From: a bacterium
Lineage (GTDB): Bacteria; SAR324; NAC60-12
Direction of reading: 5' to 3'
Length of the DNA: 25,796 nt
NCBI GenBank assembly: GCA_965233585.1
Contig: CBDDTI010000616.1
Coordinates: 1 to 25,796 of the forward strand
Shown here: one piece after another, positions 1 through 11,106 of the stretch
How positions within the stretch are numbered: position 1 is the stretch's first letter
Layout: every line of letters starts with the position of its first letter
Notes under the pieces: generated by a model
Databases searched by the model: none
What the model was told of the DNA's origin: nothing
The model's input: only the letters and a program-made list of their open reading frames with translations
Translations under genes and position numbers: made by a program

Positions 1-200
1 GTAATTGTAGTTGTAATTGTAATGTAATATAATTAGTATAATATAGTGTTGAATAATATAGTATAGTTGTAATTGTAGTGTAATGCAGTTAATGAAGTAT
101 AATTAGATGTAATTAGTCTAATATAATTAGTATAGTGTGATGTAATATGTTTCTAGTTATGGTGGTGATGTGGTATATTGATAGTTATGATTATGTTTAT
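1..200. repeat. Degenerate low-complexity (GTAAT/TAGT-type) simple repeat
   Basis: Recurrent gtaatt/tagt/ataat words and almost no C on the + strand. Confidence 0.6.
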
Positions 201-409
201 ATTTATTTGTTTATTTGTAAGTTTGAAAACCAAAGTATTTTTTTAAATTTTATAAAATTAAAAGAGCGATTTTTTTTTCCCGAAATTTATTTAATTTTTG
301 AATAATAAGGTTGCAAAAATTAATAATTTTACGAATTTATTTTGTTTTTTTTATTTGATAATTGAAAAATGACATAATTTATATATTTTTTATGTAAAAT
401 TAATAATTT

Positions 410-640
410 TGTATTGAGAGAAAAATGGTATGTGAAAGTTGTATGTGGGAGGTGGTTTGTGAAAGATCGTATGTGAAAGATGGTGAAAGTTGATGTTTGA
501 AGGAAGGTGTGTGGAAGATGGTGTGTGCAAGAGGTTGTATTGAAAGATGATGGTTGATTGTGTGTGACGACGGAATTTGTGTTGTGTGTGACAGATAGGT
601 TGTGTTAATAACAAACTATTTGGAGGAAGAATCAAGAAAT
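410..640. repeat. Degenerate TG-rich interspersed repeat (tgtgtg..aaagatgg units), same family as 2860-3096
   Basis: Repeated words tgtgaaag, aagatgg and tgtgtgac. The same words occur at 2860-3096. Confidence 0.6.
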
Positions 641-689
641 AAATAATTACAAAAAAAATATCTATTTAATAAAAAAATAAATTAAAAAA

Positions 690-2850
690 TTCTAGGCAAA
701 CATCTCAAGACTGAAGTCTAAGAGTGATGGACGGGTGGTGATCGGTGTGTGAACATGGACGCTGTTACCTTCGAACTATCTATCCATCATGATTGGTATT
801 TGCATTCTGTTTGAGCAGCCAACTGCAGGTGCTGCAGTTTCTATCGAAAACAAAATTCCGTTTTTTTTTTATCACCAATGTTTGGCTTTTAATGGCGAAT
901 TGTCTTGTAATATCGAATATTTTTCCTGATTACAATGTTAAAAAAACTGGATGTCGCTGCCTTAGGCACCATGGAAAGAATTTCTCTGAAGTGATTATAG
1001 AGCATTTCGACACTCAGTATATGTTTGTGTTTTGCAAATAAAAATGGGCATCATTCATACACTGGTATTTAAAGCAGTTTTTTTTCACCATTGGCCATGC
1101 AAAGACTATTAATTTGAAGACGGCCAATAATTTTCACATTCTAGGAAACATAAATGAGGTGGAACTCAAAACGGAAATGACAAACTCCACTGGCCGAGGA
1201 ACCTCTCCTACAGGTTTTGTACCAGTGCCACCTCCTGACCCAGTGTGATTGTGGTGGACCGACAAACAAATCCAGACCGTGTGCTCACAAAAGGCGCTTC
1301 AGACTATCAGCAATTTTGTTTAATTTTTTTGCTGCGGTTGCAGTTTGCTTTTTTGATAAGCAAATGAAAAAAATTTGACTGTCTTCTGTTTTTCTTTTCG
1401 ATTCCGGGCAAACGCATTTAAATTTGCAGAAGGGGGCAATGACCGCGCATGTTTGTGTAAGCAAGTGATGAAGAATATCTATATAAAGACAAATTTGTAT
1501 CAATATGAGCTTTTTCCTACACAAGTTTCCAAAAGTGTGGAAATTTCAGATAGAAATTTGGTGTTACATGAATAAAAAAAACATCAAGAAGACATCCAAA
1601 GGAGCCCGTTACAGCTGTCCAGCTGTAAAGGGAATTGTACATATTTGCAACCAGAAAAAATAGAAGCAGTGGTAGCAGCAAGGTTTTAATGAATATGGAG
1701 TTGGTTGAAGGGAAAATTCGTAAACCGTCTTCTTTTTCCTTGAGTGACTCATTATCAAGTTCATCTTCACTATGCAAAAAAAGAAAGTAACTCGCATTTG
1801 CTCGTCTGTCGTTGAACACAAAAATCTAATTCATGGATTTAAAAAAGACCTCCACAATGAAGCAAAACAAAAGAACAAAGTCAAAAACAAGGCCGACTTA
1901 TCGTACAATGGCTTTGCTGCCACGCATTCGTGTGTCCTTTTTTATCTGGTGTCCAGTACAACTCCAAAAATTATTTTTTGATCTTTATCGAAATAAATGA
2001 AAAAAAAATGGAATGTTATTGATGGCTCCATGCGCAGATATTTATTTTTTTGCCAAGCAATCCCCTTTCAAGACAACATGAAAATTGAATATCTGTATCT
2101 TCCATGTAATTTACCCGGATTATTTCAATTTTGGATAAAGAATTTCAAATTCATTTCATATTTTATTCAGAGCCATTGGAACACTGGCGTGACGAAAAAT
2201 TTTTTGGGACCATAACAAAAAAAAATTGCCGTTTCCGTGACACAAAAAAAAAATCCTTGCGGATTTTACACTGAGTCATAAATTGTGCCAGGTTCTGGGC
2301 ATGCAACCTGCTTCAGTTGTCAAGAAATCTTCAAAGGGGCTCGCCGTCTCGCACATCACAGCACGAATGCGTTTCCAACAAAATATTCCAATCCTTGTCA
2401 AATTTAAATATATCTTCCTGAGGTTCAGCTGTACTAATGTTTCCCACAAGTTCTTCATAGTCCAGGGAAGTCATGTCTGGTCACAGATCTTGGAATGGCA
2501 TTCGGTTGTAGGGCATTAAAATAAATTAATGCCAGTAATTCCAAGACAAAAAGCATCCTCAAAAAACAAACAACGGGCAATCGCCAGTGTAGATAACTTT
2601 TTCTTTCAAAGAAATTGGTATTCCTTGTGAAAAAAATATCATACCATCTTGCTGACAAACAGAATCTTTGTCAACCAATGACACAATTAGTTGATGCTCG
2701 TGGACAGACACAATCTTTCAAATGCATTTTTTTGCCACAATTCCTGCCACGAGAAACGAAGGTTTCACCAAATGCAACGCCTTCGATGTGCAGCGTCACC
2801 TCCGATTAAAAGGGACCAACGGGCGCGGCCCATGCCTTAAGTGCTACTTA
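690..2850. other. Decayed moderate-complexity sequence, possibly the remnant of an old retroelement coding region
   Basis: No ORF over 100 aa and no unambiguous motif. Only weak RT-like fragments on + (FQDN near 2066; FYSEPLEHWRDEKFFG at 2161). Many long A/T runs suggest heavy decay. Confidence 0.2.
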
Positions 2851-2859
2851 AAACATGGG

Positions 2860-3096
2860 AAAGGTGATGCTTGAGAAGATGGTGAACGAAGATTTTGTGA
2901 CAAAGTTGTGGGTAGCAAAGTTGTTTGTGTGTGAAAAAAAGTTGTGTGACAAAGTTGTGGCTGACAAAAATTTATATGATAGGTGTTCTGTGACAAAGTT
3001 GCTGTGACAAAATTGTTTGAATGAAAAATGTTTGTGACAATCTATGTAAAAAATGTTGTGTATAAAGTTAGTATGTAATCATTTTGTTGACAAAGA
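2860..3096. repeat. TG-rich tandem-like repeat (tgtgacaaagtt units), the host repeat interrupted by the copia insertion
   Basis: Repeated tgtgacaaag/ttgtgtg units ending ...gacaaaga at the element boundary. The sequence resumes after 13370 with ggagaaggaggaggcggcc. Confidence 0.65.
3092..3096 (+). repeat. Target-site duplication (left) AAAGA
   Basis: Same 5-mer as 13366-13370, directly abutting the LTR terminus. Confidence 0.9.
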
Positions 3097-4086
3097 TGTG
3101 AATATATGGATTGGACCGTCGTGCTTCTTCACGATGTACGCTGGGATTAGACCGTTGTGTACCTCTATTTGGTACAATGGTTTATTGGATGATGCTTCTG
3201 TCCTACTGCATTTGCCATCGGTATTCATTGAGATTCTGCACTTTTGATGAGCTGAGAATGTTCTAGAATGGACGGTATTTCATTGGATGCTATTTCGGTG
3301 ACATAGCGTTTTGACCACTGTCTTTGGTGGAATTTTGCGTTTTCAATGCGACGAGAGTGTTTTCGAGCTTTAGGGATTTAGCCGATTTGACCACAGTTTG
3401 TTTGGACCGGTTTTGGAAACATTTGAACATTTTCGGAAACGTTCGGAACATTGAAGAAGTATTTCAATCACCTTTGGACCATTTGAAGATGATTTGACAT
3501 CACGAAGTTGTTCGTCAAATCATGCTGTGAAGATTTCTGTGAATATCATCATTGGATGATATGGAAACGGCAAGTTTTGGTGCAACCAATTTTGTCGATG
3601 TTTTTTAGACAACATCTCCTGTGAAGCTAAGGTGCTATGGGTGGTTGATTCTTTATTATCCCGTTTGGGGTTTCTCCTCGGTGATGACAAAACACCCCGA
3701 TGTGGTGCCACTGTCGGCAGGTGAAAAGGGGTAAGTCTGAGGGGAGAAACCACAAACCTTGGTTTGTTGGTTTCTTGCCTCTGGTTTGTGTTTGGATTGT
3801 TAAATCAACCACTTATGGTACCAACTAGTTACACACTTGGTCGGAATCGTTGATTGTTGCGTAGGATGTTGTCTGAAACAACTTTTGATCTGGAATCCGC
3901 GGTTGATAAAGCAGTCTTTTGGTTTTGAGAAGTCCGTGTGACTTTTGTTGCTCAAGCAGAGAGTGGCTCGAGTAATAAGAGAATTTAAGACACTTGGTTT
4001 TGTGCCTTGTGTGACCTGTTTGTTAACGGCGCGAAAAGGATTTGGAACTCGCTGAGCTGAGTTGAGGATTCATTAAGATTTTTACA
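3097..4086 (+). repeat. 5' LTR (990 bp)
   Basis: Matches 12375-13365 with about 22 substitutions and 3 single-base indels by manual comparison. TG..CA termini. Similarity stops sharply at both ends. Confidence 0.96.
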
Positions 4087-4100
4087 TGGTAGCGGGAGCC
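4087..4100 (+). promoter_or_regulatory. Primer-binding site TGGTAGCGGGAGCC (initiator tRNA-Met type)
   Basis: Immediately follows the 5' LTR. TGGTAGC is complementary to the GCUACCA 3' end typical of tRNA-iMet, the usual copia primer. Confidence 0.85.
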
Positions 4101-4133
4101 CTGCGGGGTAACCACTAGAGATCCAGGTCTTCA

Positions 4134-6080
4134 ATGAACAGTCCGGTTGCAGGAGGTCGAGCTCCTGAATCGTTCTTTAGTCCAGGTTAAGCTGAACGAG
4201 GTCAAGCTGGTGCAGGTCGTGCTGCTGCGGCAGGGATGACTGCGGGTGCTTTCCCAGGGTGTGCCGGAGGTGCTGGTAGCCAGGGTGAGGCAGGTCGTGG
4301 ATCTTGTGCAGGTGGTGCGTGTCAAGGTTGTGATCCGTTGTAGGAACAGGACCCGTTGACAAACTGGGCAGGTAGCAGAAACACTGCTCAACCTGATCTT
4401 ATGAATTAAGGAACTGCTCAGAGTTTTCAGAACCAAGGAATGGTCTTTCCACCTGGAGTTGGAGTTCCTGTGCCGCCATCTTCATAGAGCCACGGAAGTG
4501 GCAGTGGGGGAGGTAGCGTAGGGCCTCAACCTGGAATGTTTGTGCCACCCATGCCTGTTTATGGCTACGGTCCACCAAGAACTGGGATGAGTGTTATGAA
4601 TCCGACATTGCAGATGATGAACCAAAAACCAAGGAATATGAGAAATCAGATGGCCGGAAATGGTCTTTAGAATGGTCTGATGTAATGTGGTAGTAACTTC
4701 GACCAAGTAACCCAGATTTAGTACCTTTTGCAGGTTTGAATGCTAGAGAGCTTCAACAGGTTTTTCAGAACACTCAAAAATTAGTTGATGGTAACCACCA
4801 CCGTTTTGTTCCCGATCGTTTGGGGGATGTTCCACCTGAGTTTGGGGGAGGGTTCATACCTGATGCGACTTGTAATTTACCTGGTTTGGGGACTAGTCAA
4901 GGCAAATCTGAGAGTCGGGATGTTTTCTCCCGTAGTGAGAAGTGCTCATCCCGGAAGTCCCGTGAAGACGAGGCTTTGGGATTTACTTCCTTTATACAAG
5001 AACTTGTAGCATGGGTGGGCAAGCCAGGATCTGTCCAGTTTGGACGAGAAATCGAACAGTCGACTCAGTGGCTTTCGAGTATTGCTTGGAGTAGCTTAAG
5101 TGTGACCAGCAGTCTAGGGCTGTGAGATTTAGTGCCGTCCTGAAGGCGACTTTTGGATCTCATGGTAGGATTGCAGTTGTTCCTGGTTTGATTTTGGGAG
5201 ATCCGTACAGCAAAAGCAATCTGTATTTTGGAAATGGTTTCGAACTTCTTGGGCAATTGTCTCAGGAATTCAGTCTCGGTAGTAGAACTGAGGGTCTTTC
5301 ATTGCGAGTGCAGTTGCTGAAAAGGGTTTTTCAGGTTTTCAAGGACAGGATAGTTCGGATTTGATTTGTCAGATCGAGTTTGCATGTGCCAAGTACAAAC
5401 GCATGATTTCCACGTTGTTGGGTGACAGTGCAGGATTAGCAATTGAGGATTCTGATATGTTGACCATGCTGCTTCGTTCGTTACCTAATTATGTTCGAAA
5501 CTACTGTTTGATGCACAGTAGTGGGGAATCATACTCAAGTTATCGACTGGCTGCACGTCGGGTTTGAACAGCAGCATAGGCTTATCAAGGACTTGAATTT
5601 GCAGTCAAGGAAGGTTATTGCAGGCTTGAATCCTGCCACTCCGGTGGTCAAGGAAGAAGAAGATGAGGAATCCGACGGTTCGGGGGATCCTGTTTTGAAT
5701 GCTGCATTGGACAAGGGCAAATCTGGACCACGTTGCACAAAGTGCGAAAAGCGTCATGATGTGTCTGCGTGTTCAACCAACATGGAAAAAGCCAAGTGTT
5801 ATGAATGCGGTAAGAGAGGTCATATTTTTGTGAATTGTCGGGTGAAAACTGGTGACAAGGATTTTCAAAGAATTCTTCAACTGGAAAGGGTGGTAACACT
5901 AGTGTTGCCCTGTCAACATCTAAGAAAGGTGTCAAAGGTTCAGGCAAAGGTGCTGGGAAATCAGGCGGAAAGAAAGGAAAAATGTTTGCGATGGTCGATG
6001 ACATTGGCACTTGGTGGTACTCTGAAGGTTGGTGAGATGATCAACCAACTGCGGAAGAGGCGAGTTCTGAACCTGATGGC
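4134..6080 (+). pseudogene. gag: gag region, disrupted by stops and frameshifts, with two nucleocapsid zinc knuckles
   Basis: ATG at 4134 opens a Gly/Ala/Pro/Gln-rich frame with in-frame TAA/TAG stops. Later fragments include LLRSLPNYVRNYC. Knuckles CTKCEKRHDVSAC and CYECGKRGHIFVNC (CX2CX4HX4C) lie at 5734-5838. A KG-rich tail follows in a shifted frame. End coordinate is approximate. Confidence 0.85.
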
Positions 6081-6323
6081 CAGCAAAAAGCAAGATGTGC
6101 TTTTTTTGAATGCTTTGGTTTATTGTCCCGATGTACCATGTTTGCCTGGTGAACCTTGTGTGTTTGACATGAGCTTAGGAAATGATGACGGTTTGTATGT
6201 TGAAGATCACTTTGAGGAGATTGACTTGCGTTTGACCAATGATTTGATTTGTTGTTGCCTGAATTCCAACTCTCATGACATGCATGACTTCTTGGACATG
6301 TGGCTTGATTGTAGTGATCTTGG

Positions 6324-6443
6324 TGCATGGACGTTTGAAGCATGTTGTTTTGAATTTAACTTGTTGCATGGACGTTTGACGCATGTCGTCATGACTTGAA
6401 CTTAACTGCATGGACGTTTGAAGCATGCCGACTTGATTTGAAC
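6324..6443 (+). repeat. ~42-bp tandem repeat x3 inside the gag-protease linker
   Basis: gcatggacgtttga(a/c)gcatg at 6325, 6366 and 6408 (periods 41 and 42). Confidence 0.85.
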
Positions 6444-6629
6444 CCGTTTGTGCACGTTGGAGTTGATTCTGTTTGTGAACTTGACCCTATTGATGAGAAA
6501 AATGAGCCCAATGCGCGCGGCACACATGGTGTGCTGAAGGCACGAGAGTCGATGACTGAGTATTTCGAAACCGAAGGGCACATGGTGTCAAAACCATGTA
6601 AGATGATGCTGAATGGCATCGGTCCGGGT

Positions 6630-6930
6630 GAGTCTTTTTGGCTTCTGGATAGTGGTGCTAGCATGTCTGTTGTGAGCCGAGATGTTTTGAAACAATTTTA
6701 ACACTCCAAACAAAATCCAAAACAATGTAGGGCCGTTGCAAGCTGCTAATGGAACTTCAGTTGATTTGGAAGGTAGTTTTAAATTGCTGTTGCAGATTGA
6801 GGTTTTGGACAGAGACGGAAACGTGAAACCAGCTATAATTCCTTTAGACGTCATGGTAAGGATGACGACATATCCTATTATCTCTGTTTGCAAGTTGACA
6901 CAGCAGGGTTGGAACCTGACTTTTGACCAG
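6630..6930 (+). pseudogene. pol: Aspartic protease domain of pol (frameshifted near 6700)
   Basis: FWLLDSGASMSVV (DSGA at 6648-6659), then LQAANGT and PIISVCKLTQQGW. Confidence 0.88.
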
Positions 6931-7059
6931 GACCATGTTAGGATGTTTCCGAGAAAAACCCAACATGTGGTTCGTGATTTGTCGTTTTGGCATTACACAC
7001 CATGGATTCGTGTTGTTGTATATGACGGAAATGATGTAGCCTTGAGCGCGGACCAGATG

Positions 7060-7900
7060 GTGCAGCACAGACTCAGAGGACACTGGCCCTATGAGCAGAC
7101 TTTCGAGGTTTTTCAGAGTTGCCGTGGAGTAACTAAACATTCCCGAAAGAAAGCCCCCAAAGGAACTGAATTTGAAATTCATGTTGATTTTGGTTTTCTC
7201 AACAAGGACTTTGAGTGGGTACCGGAATCTGGAGATAGCGAAAGGGGGAATGTGAAGTTTCTTGTGATCCGTGAATCCTACAGTTCAAGCATTTGTTGTG
7301 TTCTTATGACTGGTGATCGACAGAGGGATAACAGCCAACATCAGAAGTGGTTGTTTGAAATGGGTTTATGGGGTAGTAAGGTAATTACGCATGCTGAGTC
7401 TTTTGTTGGGAATTTCATTGCATCAGGAGGGTTGCCAATGGGTGTTGTGGTTGAAAGGGCACCACAACAAGGGCATCAAGCGAATGGAACTGCAGAGAGG
7501 ACTATTCAGGAAACCAAAGAGAGTTTGAAAACGTTGCAGTTGGATTTTCAGAAAATCGGACATACTCTTGTTTTCAGTTCTCCAGTTTTGCTGTGCTGTT
7601 TGAACTACATTTGTTTTGCCCACAACAATTTCACGACTGTTCAGCAGTCGAACCGAACTCCGAGAGACTTGGTGATTGGGGACACTGCCAATAATCATGC
7701 TTTTGCACTGTTTGGATGTAAGGTTTTAGCCGAAGTTCCTGAATCCATCATTGCAAACAATCCTAATTTGCCAAGGTTTGTCGAAGGGGTCTATTTGCAT
7801 CCGGAGTTTTCGTCAATGGGAGTTTGGGTTTCTGCAAGAATCCGAATTGGTTCAGAGATGGTTATCCAGCGTTTTGTTGCAAAGTCAATTAAACTTTTCA
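7060..7900 (+). pseudogene. pol: Integrase domain of pol (inactivated)
   Basis: Within ORF 6736-8226. HRLRGHWPY..FEVFQ is an HHCC finger with the Cys positions reading Phe. IHVDFGF gives the first D, ITHAES has H where the second D is expected, and HQANGTAERTIQ gives the E. TPRDL..G and FG.KVLAEVP follow. Confidence 0.88.
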
Positions 7901-8929
7901 TGCCTGTTGAGATTCTTGATGGTCATGGTTTGTTTGTCAACTTGGTAGATGAATGTAGTGGGTTACCAGAGGCTCCAAGGTCTTCAGAAGAGGTTTCTGT
8001 TCCATTGCCAGCAGACTTGAGATGTCCTGTAACTGGGTCACCTGTGAAGTGGCTAGACGAACATGGGGTATCGTTGAAGTATTCTGCTTATAAGGAGATA
8101 GAAATTAAAGGGACCGGGGGGAATAAGAACCACTCTAGGGAATGTATGGAGCGGTATGAGAATTGGATACGTTCTGAACTCAATCAAGCCAAGGGTTTTG
8201 AGCCTTCTGATAGTAAACCTAACTAAGGTTGAACAGGAGGTGAAAAGTGAAGGGTCTGGCAAGAAGGTCTCTGTTCCTAGTGGTGTTCCTTTGACCCGTC
8301 AAGGTGCCTTGGAATTTTTCGAGGAGCTTGACCCACTTGCGTTTGATCACCAGGATGATGTAATCACTGGACCAGCCGCTGAACTTAAGCTTGAACCAAA
8401 GGTTGAATCCCAGGAGCCGGTGGATGTGAACCTTGGGGTGGGAAGGGAGCACGTCTAAGGCTGGGAGTTCTTCTCAGTCTGGTGGTGTTTCTCGACCTGA
8501 TTCCCTTGGTAGCTACCCTAAGGCATCTGTTGGAGTCAAGCGAAAATGGTCAGAAAAGGATCTCATGATTGAAAAAAGAGGTCTGAAGCGGGAACCTGAT
8601 GTGAAACTTGCGGAATTGGATCGGGAGGTCAGGGATGACAAGAAACGTATTGATGTAAAACCTGACATTGCTGGACTTTTTTCTGGCTTGACATGTGATT
8701 CCTCGTTGTCTGAGACCCCCGTCAATGACTTGCACGAAGTGTATGCGTTGGCTTTTCTCACAACTGACTCGGATGACCTCATTTGTCACTTGCCTCTTGC
8801 TTCGTTGAAGTTTGACACGAATGCCTCCAGTTCTGTTGTTTCGTTTGGTGACAAGCGTATTCGGATTTGGTGTCCATTGGCTCCATTGATGGGTCAACAT
8901 TGGAGGAGGTGCCTGGTAACTTGACTCTT

Positions 8930-9887
8930 GATGGTATGAAAACTGAAATTGGCACTTTGGATTGCATGCAATGTGGTGATTTGATGACTGAGTCCGAGAT
9001 CGGTGACTTGAGGAAGCAATGCAGGGTTATTCCATCTCGATGGGTGATTACTCGCAAGAACGCGACTTTGGTTCGTGCTCGGATTGTCTTGAAAGACATT
9101 GCAAAGGGTACTGAATCAGCCCGGTCACTCGGAATATCGTCACCTGCTCCCTCGAGTGAAGCGTTGTTTGCCATGTTATTTATGCTTTTCTGGTCAACGA
9201 GATTGGTTGGTTGGGGCAGCTGACATATCGGCGGCCTTCTTGGCCACGCCGCTACGTTCCCGGAATGTGATTGCCAAGTTGCCTGCAAGCATCACTTCTA
9301 TGATAGGGGAGGCGTTGTATCGATGGCTGAGTAAAGCCCTGAATGGACTGAGGAGTGCCAGCCAGGAGTCGAAAGTGTACTTGTCGTCGATTGTTGATAA
9401 GTGCAGGTTGCGGTCTTGTGATTTGGAACCTTGCTTATACAGTGGTTTGTTGCCTTCCGGTGAACCATGCATGATTCTGTCATATATTGATGATTTGATT
9501 TGTGTTGGGCCATCGGTTGATACAATTGACTTTGTCTTTGATACCGTTGGGAAAAGTGGGAGGTTGAAAAGAACTCGTTTGATACATGATCATTCGAAAG
9601 GGGGACAGTTGAGGTTTTTGGGAAGGCTTATCACTAGGAGGCGTGGTGAAAAGTATTTGTTGATCTCACTTCCATCTAACTACCTGGATGACACGTTTGC
9701 CAGTTACCAAATCAAAACAAACGCCAAAGGTCCACCTGACGTGACTCCGGTCATCGACAGAGACGGTGGTGAAGAACTGAGCATTGATGCTTATGCACGG
9801 TTTAGAGCAGCTTTGGGTAAGGTTTCATGGATGGCCCAAACTCGTGGAGACTTGCGTGCATGGATAGGTATCCTAGCGACTCAGTAG
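8930..9887 (+). pseudogene. pol: Copia-type reverse transcriptase (RVT_2-like), frameshifted
   Basis: IPSRWVITRK, VRARIVLKD, ADISAAFLATPL, KALNGLRSAS, EPCLY, YIDDL (YIDD at 9483-9494), LRFLG and FRAALGKVSWMAQTRGDL. Frameshift near 9190 and a TAG at 9885. Confidence 0.95.
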
Positions 9888-10019
9888 TCAAAGCCAAATC
9901 AGTATACGGAACATGCCATGCGTATGCTGTTAAGATACCTTGAAGGTGACATAAATGTTGCAGTTAGGTTTCCAAGTGATTCACCATTGTTGCACTTAGA
10001 AATTTTTAAGGGATCACAC

Positions 10020-10450
10020 ATTGTTACATTCTCGGATGCGTCTCACGCACCGTTGAAAGCGACCGGACGTCGTGGAATTTCAGGAGGTGTTCTGACTTTT
10101 CAGGGATGTACGTTGAAAACGTTCTCGGGGCATCAAGCTCTGGTATCACTGAGCTCTATGGAGAGCGAGCTGTACGCACTTCAGAGTGTGAGTCAGGAGA
10201 TGGTATTTATGGGAAAGATGCTTGGGAGAATTCTGTTTTCCTTCAAGGAAATTGATTCCAGTGAGATTCCAGGAGTTCTGCGAACTGACTCTGAGTCGTC
10301 GAGCAAACTTTGAAAGGTTTGGATTTACCACGAAAATTTCGACACCTTGAGATTCGGATTGAATGGCTTCGAAAGAGTGGAACTGGGAAAGTTGAAAATC
10401 CACTATGAGAAGGGATCCAATAATCCAGCTGACGTTGTGACAAAATGCCT
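10020..10450 (+). pseudogene. pol: Copia-type RNase H, frameshifted
   Basis: FSDASHA, SLSSMESELYA, TDSES, RKFRHLEIR (in an intermediate frame) and NPADVVTK (10422). Confidence 0.93.
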
Positions 10451-10541
10451 GGGGAGCTCAATCTTTGGGATACACAGAGCAGCAATGGGTTTCGAGGTTT
10501 TGGGCGATCCTCTGGGAGCCATCATGGCCATTTCGAGTGGT

Positions 10542-11106
10542 TATGTGTTCATCGAGGTGTGTTGTAAACCGGACTCCAGCATTTCCAAGGTAGCTAACAT
10601 TGGTGTTGTTGAGAATATGGAAAAGAAAACTGTTTTTGATCAGGTGGTTGCTGCATTGAAAGATCTGGGAAATTCAAAGGTTTTTGTCCATGTTTCATCA
10701 CCATGTTCTTCGGGATCTCCATTAAGAAATTTCAGTGGTAATGACACGGCCACTGAAGCGGATGGAATTTGGTTTGATGTTATTCCTCATGTTGCCAAAT
10801 ACATGAAATTGGGGAAATATTCATCTTTCGAGTTGCCATGGAGGAATGCAATCTGGACTCATGCCATGACCGCGAAAATTCTGAATCAAGCTCAACATAA
10901 ACATGTTGCGGCTGTGCACTTGTGTTCAACAGGTTCAATGACTAAGGACGGAAAACCAGTTGGAAAGGTGTTGAAGTTCACCAGTAACAGCAAGTTGATA
11001 TTTGGTCGATTGGCCAAGGACTTTGGACAGTGTCACTGCACTCAGAAGCATACTGGTTTGACTAATGTGGACTGGGCAAAAACTGCTTTCTACAATGAGA
11101 ATCTTG
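10542..11106 (+). CDS. Cytosine-5 DNA methyltransferase-like domain fused to the C-terminus of Pol (part of ORF 10347-11159)
   Basis: Motifs in C5-MTase order: VFIEVCC (motif I position), VHVSSPC (motif IV, PC at 10701-10706), SFELP (motif VI, 10827), HLCSTG..KPVGKVLKFTSNS (motif VIII region), CHCTQKH and KTAFYNENL (motif X-like). Recognised by eye only. Confidence 0.65.

Noticed and set aside
3520..3812. Short ORFs recurring three times (also 12798-13090 and 17057-17349)
   Set aside because: They recur only because they lie within the LTR copies, and they have no recognisable motifs.
4134..4735. Alternative genetic code (TAA/TAG = Gln) explaining the in-frame stops
   Set aside because: Long pol ORFs (496, 262 and 270 aa) contain many Gln codons and no internal TAA/TAG, and the element also has frameshifts. 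Local mutation fits better.
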